DNA of 64,000 nt from assembly GCF_988243305.1 (NCBI RefSeq), contig NZ_OZ547136.1; one strand, 5' to 3'. The notes below the pieces were generated by a model that saw only the letters and a list, made by a program, of their open reading frames with translations, was not told the DNA's origin and made no database searches. The position numbers and the translations under genes were made by a program. Numbering within the stretch: position 1 is the first letter of the stretch; each line of letters begins with the position of its first letter. Positions 41,902 through 51,263 of the stretch are shown piece after piece.

Positions 41902-43599
41902 TTAGATGGAGGTACGGCGGTAGTCGCGGTATTCGGCGTGCCAGAAATTATCATCAATGGCCTGTTGCAGAGCTTCGGCGGAGGTTTTCACCGCCACGCC
42001 TTGCTGCTGCGCCATTTTGCCAACCGCAAACGCAATTGCGCGGGAGACTTTCTGAATATCTTTCAGTTCCGGTAGTACCAGACCTTCGCCGTTCAGGACC
42101 AGCGGCGAATACTGAGCAAGCGTTTCACTTGCCGACATCAGCATCTCATCGGTGATACGTGACGCGCCGGAAGCAATAACGCCCAGCCCGATGCCCGGGA
42201 AAATAAAGGCGTTGTTACACTGGGCGATAGGGTAGATTTTATCTTTCCATACCACTGGGTTAAACGGACTGCCAGTGGCGACCAGCGCGTTACCTTCGGT
42301 CCAGGCGATAATGTCCTGCGGTGTGGCTTCCACGCGTGACGTCGGGTTAGACAGCGGCATCACGATCGGACGCGGACAGTGTTTATGCATCTCACGGATG
42401 ATCTCTTCCGTAAACAGCCCGGTCTGTCCTGAGACGCCAATCAGAATATCTGGTTTTACATTGCGCACCACATCCAGCAGTGACAGCACATCGCTGTCGG
42501 TATCCCAGTCACTGAGGTTTTCGCGTTTCTGCACCAGTTTGGTCTGGAAAGGCAGCAGGTTCGGCATCTTGTCCGTCAGCAGGCCAAAGCGATCGACCAT
42601 AAAGACTTTCTGCCGCGCCGCTTCCTCGCTTAATCCTTCGCGCTGGGTCTGGGCGATGATCATTTCGGCAATGCCGCATCCCGCTGAACCTGCGCCAAGG
42701 AAGACGATTTTTTTCTCGCTTAACTGACCACCTGCCGCGCGGCTTGCTGCGATCAGTGTGCCGACTGTTACCGCCGCAGTGCCCTGAATGTCATCGTTAA
42801 AAGAACAAATTTCATTGCGATAGCGGTTAAGTAACGGCATCGCATTTTTTTGTGCGAAGTCTTCAAACTGCAACAGTACGTCCGGCCAGCGTTGTTTCAC
42901 AGCCTGGATAAATTCATCAACGAATTCATAGTATTCGTCGTCAGTGATACGCGGATTACGCCAGCCCATATACAGCGGATCGTTAAGCAGCTGTTGGTTA
43001 TTCGTCCCGACATCCAGCACCACCGGAAGGGTATACGCCGGGCTGATGCCGCCACAGGCGGTATAGAGCGACAGTTTACCGATCGGAATGCCCATCCCGC
43101 CGATGCCCTGGTCACCAAGCCCCAGAATACGTTCGCCGTCAGTCACCACAATCACTTTAATATTATGGTTCGGCACGTTTTGCAGAATATCGTCCATATT
43201 GTGGCGGTTCTGGTAAGAGATAAACACGCCGCGTGAACGGCGGTAGATCTCAGAAAAACGCTCACAGGCTGCGCCGACGGTTGGGGTATAAATAACAGGC
43301 ATCATCTCATCAAGATGATTGTTTACCAGACGGTAGAAGAGGGTTTCGTTAGTGTCCTGGATGTTACGCAGGTAGATGTGTTTGTCGATTTCGGTTTTGA
43401 ATCCCTGATACTGGATCCATGCTCGTTCCGCTTGCTCTTCGATGGTTTCGACCACTTCCGGCAGTAACCCCAGCAGGTTGAAGTTACGGCGTTCTTCCAT
43501 GCTGAAGGCGCTGCCTTTATTCAACAACGGAAATTCCAGCAGTACAGGGCCAGCGTAAGGGATATAAAGCGAACGCTGTTTTTTTGTTTTTGGTTCCAT
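41902..43599 (-). CDS. maeA: NAD-dependent malic enzyme
   Basis: 565 aa from [18 protein letters not shown]; malic enzyme signature; ORF track has a 12-codon upstream extension. Confidence 0.9.
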   Translation of the reverse strand: MEPKTKKQRSLYIPYAGPVLLEFPLLNKGSAFSMEERRNFNLLGLLPEVVETIEEQAERAWIQYQGFKTEIDKHIYLRNIQDTNETLFYRLVNNHLDEMMPVIYTPTVGAACERFSEIYRRSRGVFISYQNRHNMDDILQNVPNHNIKVIVVTDGERILGLGDQGIGGMGIPIGKLSLYTACGGISPAYTLPVVLDVGTNNQQLLNDPLYMGWRNPRITDDEYYEFVDEFIQAVKQRWPDVLLQFEDFAQKNAMPLLNRYRNEICSFNDDIQGTAAVTVGTLIAASRAAGGQLSEKKIVFLGAGSAGCGIAEMIIAQTQREGLSEEAARQKVFMVDRFGLLTDKMPNLLPFQTKLVQKRENLSDWDTDSDVLSLLDVVRNVKPDILIGVSGQTGLFTEEIIREMHKHCPRPIVMPLSNPTSRVEATPQDIIAWTEGNALVATGSPFNPVVWKDKIYPIAQCNNAFIFPGIGLGVIASGASRITDEMLMSASETLAQYSPLVLNGEGLVLPELKDIQKVSRAIAFAVGKMAQQQGVAVKTSAEALQQAIDDNFWHAEYRDYRRTSI

Positions 43600-43754
43600 G
43601 TCACTCACTCTTTTTTGAATATCCATCCCTGGCACGCTTTTATCGTCTTTGCTTTACCGCCAGGGCGTCGGCCCCAAGTATAAAGCAGATAAAAACAAAA
43701 ACACCATTGCGCAGGCAATGGTGTTTAATCGTCATTGAGGACTGATGGTTATGA

Positions 43755-43892
43755 ATTACTTTTCAGAGGGGCGTTTTCTGCCGGTTGGGTTATTTACCAC
43801 GCTGGATTTGTCACCTTCGGTAACTATTTTGCGCTGGTTAGAAATTTTATGGTCCAGTCCAAGAATATGACGTGCCTGACGGTTCGATTTCA
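43755..43892 (-). CDS. sra: Stationary-phase ribosome-associated protein (45 aa)
   Basis: Reverse-strand small [48 protein letters not shown] read from sequence; below ORF-track size cutoff. Confidence 0.75.
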
Positions 43893-43994
43893 TTTTAACT
43901 CCTCAATCCTGTTGCTAGTTTTAAGGACAACATCGCCGTAGCGAAGAAACACGTGCTAAACCCCTAAATTAGGTTGCCGATCAAGCATAGCACC

Positions 43995-44210
43995 TTAAAG
44001 CGTAGGGTGCTGGCCACTGACCACATAATTGATCGTTTGCTGGTAGATATCACTGAGGATGTCGTTATCAGAAGCTTCCACCCATTTGGTCAGCTCCATG
44101 AGAATGTCATCTTCAGTGACAACACCGTGCTCTGCCCGAAGGCCTTGCTCAATGGCATTAACCAGAGCGGGTTCTGCTGTTGAATTTTCTGCCTGATAAT
44201 AAGTAAACAT
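43995..44210 (-). CDS. bdm: Biofilm-dependent modulation protein
   Basis: 71 aa from MFTYYQAENSTAEPALVNAIEQGLRAEHG; ORF track has a 21-codon upstream extension. Confidence 0.8.
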   Translation of the reverse strand: MFTYYQAENSTAEPALVNAIEQGLRAEHGVVTEDDILMELTKWVEASDNDILSDIYQQTINYVVSGQHPTL

Positions 44211-44554
44211 AGCGATTCTCCGTGTCTGTGTATTTTTGGTGTCTGCTACGGATCGCAGATTTATAAAGCACATTCAGCATGGCAAATATTTGCCGCTTCG
44301 TTGTTAAGATTAGTCCTGGTTGATAATTTTTATATTATAACACCATGATATTCATAGGGATTGTAATTTGGGCGATCCGATTAATATTGATACAATATCT
44401 TTTGGATTATATATTCCCCGTTATCTATTGTGGGAATTTAATTTAAGTACAGAGATAATGTTTTCGCCGGATTTTATTCGGAATATCCTGCTTATCCTCG
44501 TGCGGTTTCTCACGTAGTCTATAATTTCCTTTTTAAGCCCACAGGAGAGCAACA

Positions 44555-44986
44555 ATGACAATCCATAAGAAAGGTCAGGCACACTGGGAAGGCGATATCA
44601 AACGCGGGAAGGGAACTGTATCCACCGAGAGCGGCGTGCTGAACCAACAGCCGTATGGATTTAACACGCGTTTTGAAGGCGAAAAAGGAACCAACCCTGA
44701 AGAACTGATTGGCGCAGCGCATGCCGCATGTTTCTCAATGGCGCTTTCATTAATGCTGGGGGAAGCGGGATTCACGCCAACATCGATTGATACCACCGCA
44801 GATGTGTCGCTGGATAAAGTGGATGCCGGTTTTGCGATTACTAAAATCGCACTGAAGAGCGAAGTTGCGGTGCCGGGTATTGATGCCTCTACTTTTGACG
44901 GCATTATCCAGAAAGCAAAAGCAGGATGCCCGGTTTCTCAGGTACTGAAAGCTGAAATTACGCTTGATTACCAGTTGAAATCGTAA
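44555..44986 (+). CDS. osmC: Osmotically inducible peroxiredoxin OsmC
   Basis: 143 aa MTIHKKGQAHWEGDIKRGKG...; OsmC/Ohr family with two conserved Cys. Confidence 0.9.
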   Translation: MTIHKKGQAHWEGDIKRGKGTVSTESGVLNQQPYGFNTRFEGEKGTNPEELIGAAHAACFSMALSLMLGEAGFTPTSIDTTADVSLDKVDAGFAITKIALKSEVAVPGIDASTFDGIIQKAKAGCPVSQVLKAEITLDYQLKS

Positions 44987-45041
44987 AGCGTTGCCGTATG
45001 ACGCGTCAGGCGCGTGATTGCCTGATGCGTTGTTAGCATCT

Positions 45042-45968
45042 CTACAGCGCCCGCCAGCACCGGATCTCACGTCCGTCCTCCCTTATTGTTAATGATTGCC
45101 GGACTTCACATCCGTCGGTTGCCAGAGGGCAGCGTTCGCGGAAAAAACAGCCTTGTGGCAACGTGCGGTTTCCTGGTAGATCCGTTTTACGTAATGCCCA
45201 TTCTTCCTCCAGCGGTTTATCAATGGCGGGGAGGGAATCCAGCAATAATCGGGTGTATGGATGTGCCGGAGCTGTCAGCACCTGTTGCGCGTCTCCTAGT
45301 TCCACAATCTGCCCGAGATACATCACCGCCACCCGATCGCTCATATGACGTATCACCGAGACATTGTGTGAAATCAGCACATAAGTCAGCTCGCGATTTT
45401 CCTGTAGCGTTACCAGTAAATTGAGGATCTGCGCCTGCACGGAGATATCCAGCGCCGAGGTTGGTTCATCAAGCACAATCACGTCAGGCTGCGAAGAGAG
45501 TGCTCTGGCAATGGCGATACGTTGCCGCTGCCCGCCTGAGAACGCATAAGGCAAGCGGTCGAGATACTCCGGACGAATACCCACCTGCACAGCCAGCTCC
45601 TCTGCCAACGCTCGCCGCTGTTGTTCACTACTACGCTTAGCAATCCAGAGCGGTTCCGTGATGATGCGCCACACCGGTAAGCGCGGATTAAGCGAAGAGA
45701 GCGGGTCCTGAAACACCATCTGCATAATGCGTTGTGATCCTGAACGGATGTACTGCCCGTGGCTCGGTTGCAGCATACCCATTAAAAGCTGTGCGAGGGT
45801 GCTTTTGCCGCAGCCTGACTCACCGACGATCCCTAAGGTTTCGCCACGACGGATCTGTAAATCAATACCATTGATGGCATGAACATGTTCCGTAGTTTTA
45901 CCAAGCCAGTTTTTTCGGCCCGGGAAATTGATATGGACGTCGCGTAACGTTAATAACGTGTCAGACAC
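45042..45968 (-). CDS. ddpF: D,D-dipeptide ABC transporter ATP-binding protein
   Basis: ABC ATPase (Walker A GESGCGKST, LSGGQRQR signature); start set at GTG giving (M)SDTLLTLRD, overlapping ddpD by 8 nt. Confidence 0.85.
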   Translation of the reverse strand: MSDTLLTLRDVHINFPGRKNWLGKTTEHVHAINGIDLQIRRGETLGIVGESGCGKSTLAQLLMGMLQPSHGQYIRSGSQRIMQMVFQDPLSSLNPRLPVWRIITEPLWIAKRSSEQQRRALAEELAVQVGIRPEYLDRLPYAFSGGQRQRIAIARALSSQPDVIVLDEPTSALDISVQAQILNLLVTLQENRELTYVLISHNVSVIRHMSDRVAVMYLGQIVELGDAQQVLTAPAHPYTRLLLDSLPAIDKPLEEEWALRKTDLPGNRTLPQGCFFRERCPLATDGCEVRQSLTIREDGREIRCWRAL

Positions 45969-46947
45969 TAATGACCTCCTGCTGAGGATACCAACAGGCG
46001 CAGCGGTGGTTGTTGTCACCACACGCTGTCAGCGCCGGGACGTTTTCACACTGTGCACCTGCCGCATAGCAACGATCGCGAAAAGCGCAGCCGTCAGGCA
46101 AATGGGTGAGGTTTGGTACCGTCCCCGGAATAGCGGGTAATGGCTGGCGCGGTATTCCATGTTCCGGTGCGCATTGCAGCAAACCAATGGTATACGGATG
46201 CCGGGGATGATGGATAACGTCTGCCGTCACGCCGCTTTCAATCACGCTTCCGGCATACATCACGTAAACGCTATCGCACAGTTGCGACACCACGGCCATA
46301 TCATGGCTGATGAACAGTACCGCAGTTCCACTGGCGCGGGCTTTATGTTTAAGCAGACGCAGTACCTGCAACTGTACCGTGACGTCCAGCGCCGTAGTCG
46401 GTTCGTCGGCAATAATCAACTGCGGCTCGCAGGAGAATGCCAGCGCAATCATTACCCGCTGGCGCATACCACCTGAAAGCTCAAACGGATAGCGCGACAT
46501 AACTTCCACGGCATCCGGGATTTGCATCTCTTCCAGCAGGGCAATCGCTTTAGCTCTGGCTTCCCGACGACTTATTGGTTGATGATGGCGGATCACGTCC
46601 ATCATCTGAAGACCTATTCGACGTGTCGGATTAAGGGCGGTCATCGGTTCCTGAAAGATCATCGCCACTCGTGCGCCGCGCCACTGACGAAGCTGCTTTT
46701 CCCGAGCGTTAAGAGCATCTTCTCCCAGCAGTGAAATATGTCCCCGATGTACGCAATAACTGCCCGTCGGTAACAGACGCATAATCAACATTGCAGTGAC
46801 TGATTTACCCGAGCCGGATTCTCCCACCAGACCGACAATTTCACCGCGGTTGATTTTCAATGACACATTGTTGAGCGCGTGAACATCACCGTTAAAACCG
46901 GGGAAACTCAAATGCAGTTGTTGAATGTCCAGAACGGGTTGGGTCAT
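45961..46947 (-). CDS. ddpD: D,D-dipeptide ABC transporter ATP-binding protein
   Basis: 328 aa ABC ATPase with C-terminal oligopeptide-type extension (Cys cluster). Confidence 0.85.
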   Translation of the reverse strand: MTQPVLDIQQLHLSFPGFNGDVHALNNVSLKINRGEIVGLVGESGSGKSVTAMLIMRLLPTGSYCVHRGHISLLGEDALNAREKQLRQWRGARVAMIFQEPMTALNPTRRIGLQMMDVIRHHQPISRREARAKAIALLEEMQIPDAVEVMSRYPFELSGGMRQRVMIALAFSCEPQLIIADEPTTALDVTVQLQVLRLLKHKARASGTAVLFISHDMAVVSQLCDSVYVMYAGSVIESGVTADVIHHPRHPYTIGLLQCAPEHGIPRQPLPAIPGTVPNLTHLPDGCAFRDRCYAAGAQCENVPALTACGDNNHRCACWYPQQEVISV

Positions 46948-47840
46948 GACTGCTTTCCTCCTGCTTTCGGGTCAAGCAGATCGCGAATACCATCACCAAA
47001 GAGATTAAACCCGACGGCGGTAAGCAAAATCGCTGCCCCCGGAAATGCGCAATACCACCACTGATCGAGCACATAGTTGCGACCATTCGCCACCATCGCC
47101 CCCCATTCAGCACTCGGTTGTTGAGCACCCAGGCCAATAAATCCCAACGTGGCGGCCATTAAAATCGCGCTACCGATATCCAGCGATGCCTGCACAATCA
47201 GCGGCGGCAGGGAGTTACGTAAAATATGCCAGTTGATCAGATGCCAACGCGACGCACCAAAGGTTTTCGCCGCCTGAACATAGTTATACTGGCGAACAAC
47301 TAATGTTTGCCCCCGCGCCAGGCGCACATAAAAGGGAATTCGCACAATAGCAATCGCCAGCATGGCGTTAAACAAACTCGGCCCGAGAGCGGCTGCCAGT
47401 GCCATTGTCAGCACCAGCGAAGGAATCGACAGCATAATGTCCATGATGCGCATGATAATCGCGTCTGCGCGTCCGCCAAGCACACCGGATAGACACCCGA
47501 GTAGCGACCCCATCATACCTGCAATGGCGACCACCACTAATCCGGCGAGAATTGATTGCTGACTGCCGACCAGTACGCGGCTAAACAGATCGCGTCCCAC
47601 TTCATCGGTGCCAAACCAGTGCGCCGCAGAAGGCGGCAAAAGGCGGGCGGTTAAATCAATGGCGTTGGGATCATGCGTCGCCAGCCACGGTGAAAAAATC
47701 ATCATCAGTAGCATTAATACAATGATGACTGCGCCGGTCACGGTGAGCGGACTGCCTTTCAGCATCCATACCAGTTTTGCACCGTTAAATCGCGTTTGTT
47801 TTTGTGGGCGTACGGCGGACGTTTCCTCGCTTAGCATCAT
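46944..47840 (-). CDS. ddpC: D,D-dipeptide ABC transporter permease
   Basis: 298 aa, DppC-like permease; 4-nt overlaps with neighbours. Confidence 0.85.
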   Translation of the reverse strand: MMLSEETSAVRPQKQTRFNGAKLVWMLKGSPLTVTGAVIIVLMLLMMIFSPWLATHDPNAIDLTARLLPPSAAHWFGTDEVGRDLFSRVLVGSQQSILAGLVVVAIAGMMGSLLGCLSGVLGGRADAIIMRIMDIMLSIPSLVLTMALAAALGPSLFNAMLAIAIVRIPFYVRLARGQTLVVRQYNYVQAAKTFGASRWHLINWHILRNSLPPLIVQASLDIGSAILMAATLGFIGLGAQQPSAEWGAMVANGRNYVLDQWWYCAFPGAAILLTAVGFNLFGDGIRDLLDPKAGGKQS

Positions 47841-48859
47841 TCACCACCTCCACGTCCGATACGCGGATCAATCCACAAATAGAGCAAATCCACCACCAGG
47901 TTGACCAGCACATAAGCAAATGAAACCACGACGGCAAAGCCCATCACTGCCGGGAAGTCGAGCGCCTGTATTGATGTTACTACCCATGCACCCATTCCGG
48001 GCCAGGCAAAAACGGTTTCGGTGAGCACTGCGCCATACAACAAATCGCCCAGCGCCAGACCCAATACGGTAATCGAGGGGATCAACGCATTGGGTAGCGC
48101 ATAACATAAAACGATATACCAGCCGGGCAAGCCGCTGGCCCGGGCGGTACGAATGTAATCTTCACTCAATTGTTCCAGCATAGCTGAGCGGATCTGGCGA
48201 GCGACAATTCCCAGGTGAACGAACGCCAGCGTTAATGCCGGTAAGATGAGATGTTGCAGCGCATTGAAGAAGACTTCACCGTTACCTTCAAGCAGCGCAT
48301 CGAGCAGATAAAAGCCGGTAACGTGCGTTGGTGGATCCAGCCAGTCATCAAGCCTTCCGCCGCCGGGAAGAATTTGCAGATGACCATAAAACAGCACAAT
48401 GACGCCCAGCCCAAGCCAGAACGCAGGTGTGGAGATTCCGGTAATGGCCATTATTCGCACCAGATGATCCAGCCAGCGATTTCGCCAGACTGCAGAGAGT
48501 ATGCCCAGTGGGATGCCAATCAGGAGTGCCAGCAGCAGGGCACAAAAAGCCAGTTCCAGCGTCGCCGGGAAAAATATGCGCAACTCTTCCAGCACCGGAC
48601 GCCCGGTACGAATGGATGTTCCCAGGTCACCCTGAAACAGGTCGCTGACGTAGCGGTAAAACTGTACATACAGTGGCTGGTCCAGTCCCAGTTGCTGGCG
48701 AATATTATCCACGATAGCATCGCTGGCGCGGTCACCCGCCAGTAACCGCGCCGGATCGCCGGGGATCAGGTGCGAGATAATAAACGTAATCACACAGACG
48801 CCCGCCACCACGAGCACCAGCCCCCAGCAGCGTTGGCGTAAAATACTCCAGAAGGTCAC
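47837..48859 (-). CDS. ddpB: D,D-dipeptide ABC transporter permease
   Basis: 340 aa DppB-like permease. Confidence 0.85.
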   Translation of the reverse strand: MTFWSILRQRCWGLVLVVAGVCVITFIISHLIPGDPARLLAGDRASDAIVDNIRQQLGLDQPLYVQFYRYVSDLFQGDLGTSIRTGRPVLEELRIFFPATLELAFCALLLALLIGIPLGILSAVWRNRWLDHLVRIMAITGISTPAFWLGLGVIVLFYGHLQILPGGGRLDDWLDPPTHVTGFYLLDALLEGNGEVFFNALQHLILPALTLAFVHLGIVARQIRSAMLEQLSEDYIRTARASGLPGWYIVLCYALPNALIPSITVLGLALGDLLYGAVLTETVFAWPGMGAWVVTSIQALDFPAVMGFAVVVSFAYVLVNLVVDLLYLWIDPRIGRGGGE

Positions 48860-48860
48860 G

Positions 48861-50411
48861 TTATTTACTCATGGTATTGATATTGAAGACCTGTTCCAGC
48901 ATGGGATTGAACACAAAGCCTTTCACCTCTTTGTTCATCGCCAGTTGGTAGTTTTTCTGGAACAGGTACACATAAGCAGCGTCATCAATGACGATTTTCT
49001 GTGCCTGCTGGTAGTCCCGGGTACGCTGCGTCTGGTCGGTGGTCGCTAGCGCATTGCGCAGTAGCTTATCGACCTCACTGTTTTCATAGAACGAGCGGTT
49101 ACCCGGCAGACCTTTTTTGTCTGACTCAAACCAGTAATTCATAAACATATACGGGTCGGCAAAATCCGGACTCCAGTTGCCAATCGCGATGTCGTAATCA
49201 CCTTTACCCACTCTGTCGCGCATGGTGGCGTTCGCCAGCTTTTCCAGCTTCACATTGATGCCCAGCTTGTTGAGACTGGATTGTGTCGCCAGAGCAATAG
49301 GCTCCCAGTTCGGATCATTATCAGAATAGAGAAACGTCAGGCTGGTGGGTTTGCTCGTCACTTTATCCCATTCGGCTTTGGCTTTCGTTTCGTCATGGTT
49401 GTATTGCATTGCCGTCGCATCGTATCCCCACATGCCTTCCGGAATCGGGCCGCGCATTTGTTTTCCGTTACCACTCAGAATGCCGTTAACCATGCCCTGA
49501 TAATCGGTAGACCAGGAAATGGCCCGACGCAGATCCGCCTGATTAAGTGGCGCTTTGCTGTTATTCAGATACAGATAGGTGACGCGCAGTGACGGATACT
49601 CTGCCACATTGACTTTGTTTTCCTGCTTCAGTGCGTTGAGTTGATCCACCGGCAGCGCATCGGCAATGTCAATGTCGCCACGGGAGAGTTGCAGGCGACG
49701 GGAGGCACTTTCACCGATAATTTTTACCGATACCCGTTTGAAATTCGGTTTATTGCCGGGGTAATGCGGATTTGGCACCAGAACTAATTGCTGACCTTTT
49801 TGCCAGCTTTTCAGCATAAACGGTCCGGAGCCAGCGGTATTTTGCGCGAGGAAACCACGGGCATCATCCGCCGCATGCTCCTTTAAGACCGCCGGATTGA
49901 TAATGGATGCACCGTCATTCGCCAGCGTGTAGAGGAACGGTGCGAATGGCTGGCTAAGGGTAAACCTCACTGTATGTTCGTCGGGAGCATCAATCTTTAA
50001 ATCTTTGGGAAATGCTTCTGCTGGCCCCTGGCCGATTTTTAGTAACCGCTCAAAAGAGAGTTTTACTGCTTCGGCAGTGACAGGTGTGCCATCGGCAAAT
50101 TTAGCATTGTCCTTCAGGGTGAACGTCCACTCTTTTTGATCGTCAGACGCTTTCCAGCTACTAGCCAGATCGCCTTCAACGTCGGTTGAGCCTTTATCAC
50201 CGTCCGTTTTGTACTGAACCAGTCGCTGATAAGACGGGTAGGTCACTGTCCAGTCGTTATTATCAATTGTCACCGCTGGGTCGAGGGTTTGTGGGTCGGC
50301 AGCTTTACCGATCACCAGCATATCTTTCGGTACGGCGGCGTGCGCAACCGGCATTGTTGTGGCAAGGACGATCGCGAGCAATGTAGGACGAAACGAAATC
50401 GATCTCTTCAT
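48861..50411 (-). CDS. ddpA: D,D-dipeptide periplasmic binding protein
   Basis: Start set at internal MKRSISFRPTLLAIVLATTMPVAHA (signal peptide; 516 aa); ORF track extends 46 codons upstream from a GTG. Confidence 0.85.
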   Translation of the reverse strand: MKRSISFRPTLLAIVLATTMPVAHAAVPKDMLVIGKAADPQTLDPAVTIDNNDWTVTYPSYQRLVQYKTDGDKGSTDVEGDLASSWKASDDQKEWTFTLKDNAKFADGTPVTAEAVKLSFERLLKIGQGPAEAFPKDLKIDAPDEHTVRFTLSQPFAPFLYTLANDGASIINPAVLKEHAADDARGFLAQNTAGSGPFMLKSWQKGQQLVLVPNPHYPGNKPNFKRVSVKIIGESASRRLQLSRGDIDIADALPVDQLNALKQENKVNVAEYPSLRVTYLYLNNSKAPLNQADLRRAISWSTDYQGMVNGILSGNGKQMRGPIPEGMWGYDATAMQYNHDETKAKAEWDKVTSKPTSLTFLYSDNDPNWEPIALATQSSLNKLGINVKLEKLANATMRDRVGKGDYDIAIGNWSPDFADPYMFMNYWFESDKKGLPGNRSFYENSEVDKLLRNALATTDQTQRTRDYQQAQKIVIDDAAYVYLFQKNYQLAMNKEVKGFVFNPMLEQVFNINTMSK

Positions 50412-50424
50412 GACAGTTTCCTGA

Positions 50425-51006
50425 TTAACTGGCGTGCTGTGTGCCAGGGGATATAAAACAGGTGAATTGATCAGCGAGTAGTGGGTAACTCGCTGCCTGG
50501 GGTAATTCGAAGTGCCACCATTCGCTGGAGATACCGACAAAACCGCCACCAGTCATAATCGCATTCAGCAACAGCCGATTGCGCTGAGCGGCGGGCGGGA
50601 CGGAAGGGTGATAAGCATGGGAACGTTCGTGCATTTCATCGAACTCTGCACCCATATCCAGGATGTTCCCGTGCTCATCACGAAGCGTCAGGTCGATCGC
50701 CGTGCCACGGCTGTGATTAGAACCGACCGTCACATCAACAACATATTGCGGGTCTGGGCAGGCTTGCCACAACATCGCCTGTGCTTGTTGTGGGCGATAC
50801 GCATCGTAAATCACCAGTTGTAAGCCTGATAGCTGGGCGATACTGATACTTTTCGCCAGCGCGGTAATCGCATCCTTGTGTAACAGACAACGCGCTTGCT
50901 GGTAAATAGCTTTACCTGTGATGTTATCAGCGCAGGCGTATTTCAATTCGATCTCCAGATCAGGGAAGATCACGGCTAAATCAACCAGTTCGGTGGTATC
51001 CGACAT
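50425..51006 (-). CDS. ddpX: D-Ala-D-Ala dipeptidase (VanX homolog)
   Basis: 193 aa; VanX-like zinc peptidase motifs (SNHSRGTAIDL, SEWWHFE). Confidence 0.9.
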   Translation of the reverse strand: MSDTTELVDLAVIFPDLEIELKYACADNITGKAIYQQARCLLHKDAITALAKSISIAQLSGLQLVIYDAYRPQQAQAMLWQACPDPQYVVDVTVGSNHSRGTAIDLTLRDEHGNILDMGAEFDEMHERSHAYHPSVPPAAQRNRLLLNAIMTGGGFVGISSEWWHFELPQAASYPLLADQFTCFISPGTQHAS

Positions 51007-51263
51007 AAACGGTTCCTGTATAAGACAAAAATTGCTGCGCTTTCCGCTTATGCAGATCTCATGCCATGCCGGGATAAGCGCCAGAATGCTGGCTTAAAGT
51101 TATATTTTTTAACTTTTGATCAACATTTGTGCAGCGTAGTGCAGTTTTGGTGCAAGAGGGGAAGTTAAGGAAGGAATCTCCCGGAATCGTAGCTGAAATC
51201 ACAGTATTTAAGTGACAGTGTCACGTTAAATGAAAACCCGCGAGTGCGGGCGAGAGGAATTTG

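Noticed and set aside
44988-45040. Possible terminator or REP-like palindrome after osmC
   Set aside because: Sequence has REP-like character (gcctgatgcg, gacgcgtcaggcg), but I could not define a clean stem plus U-tract; left unannotated.
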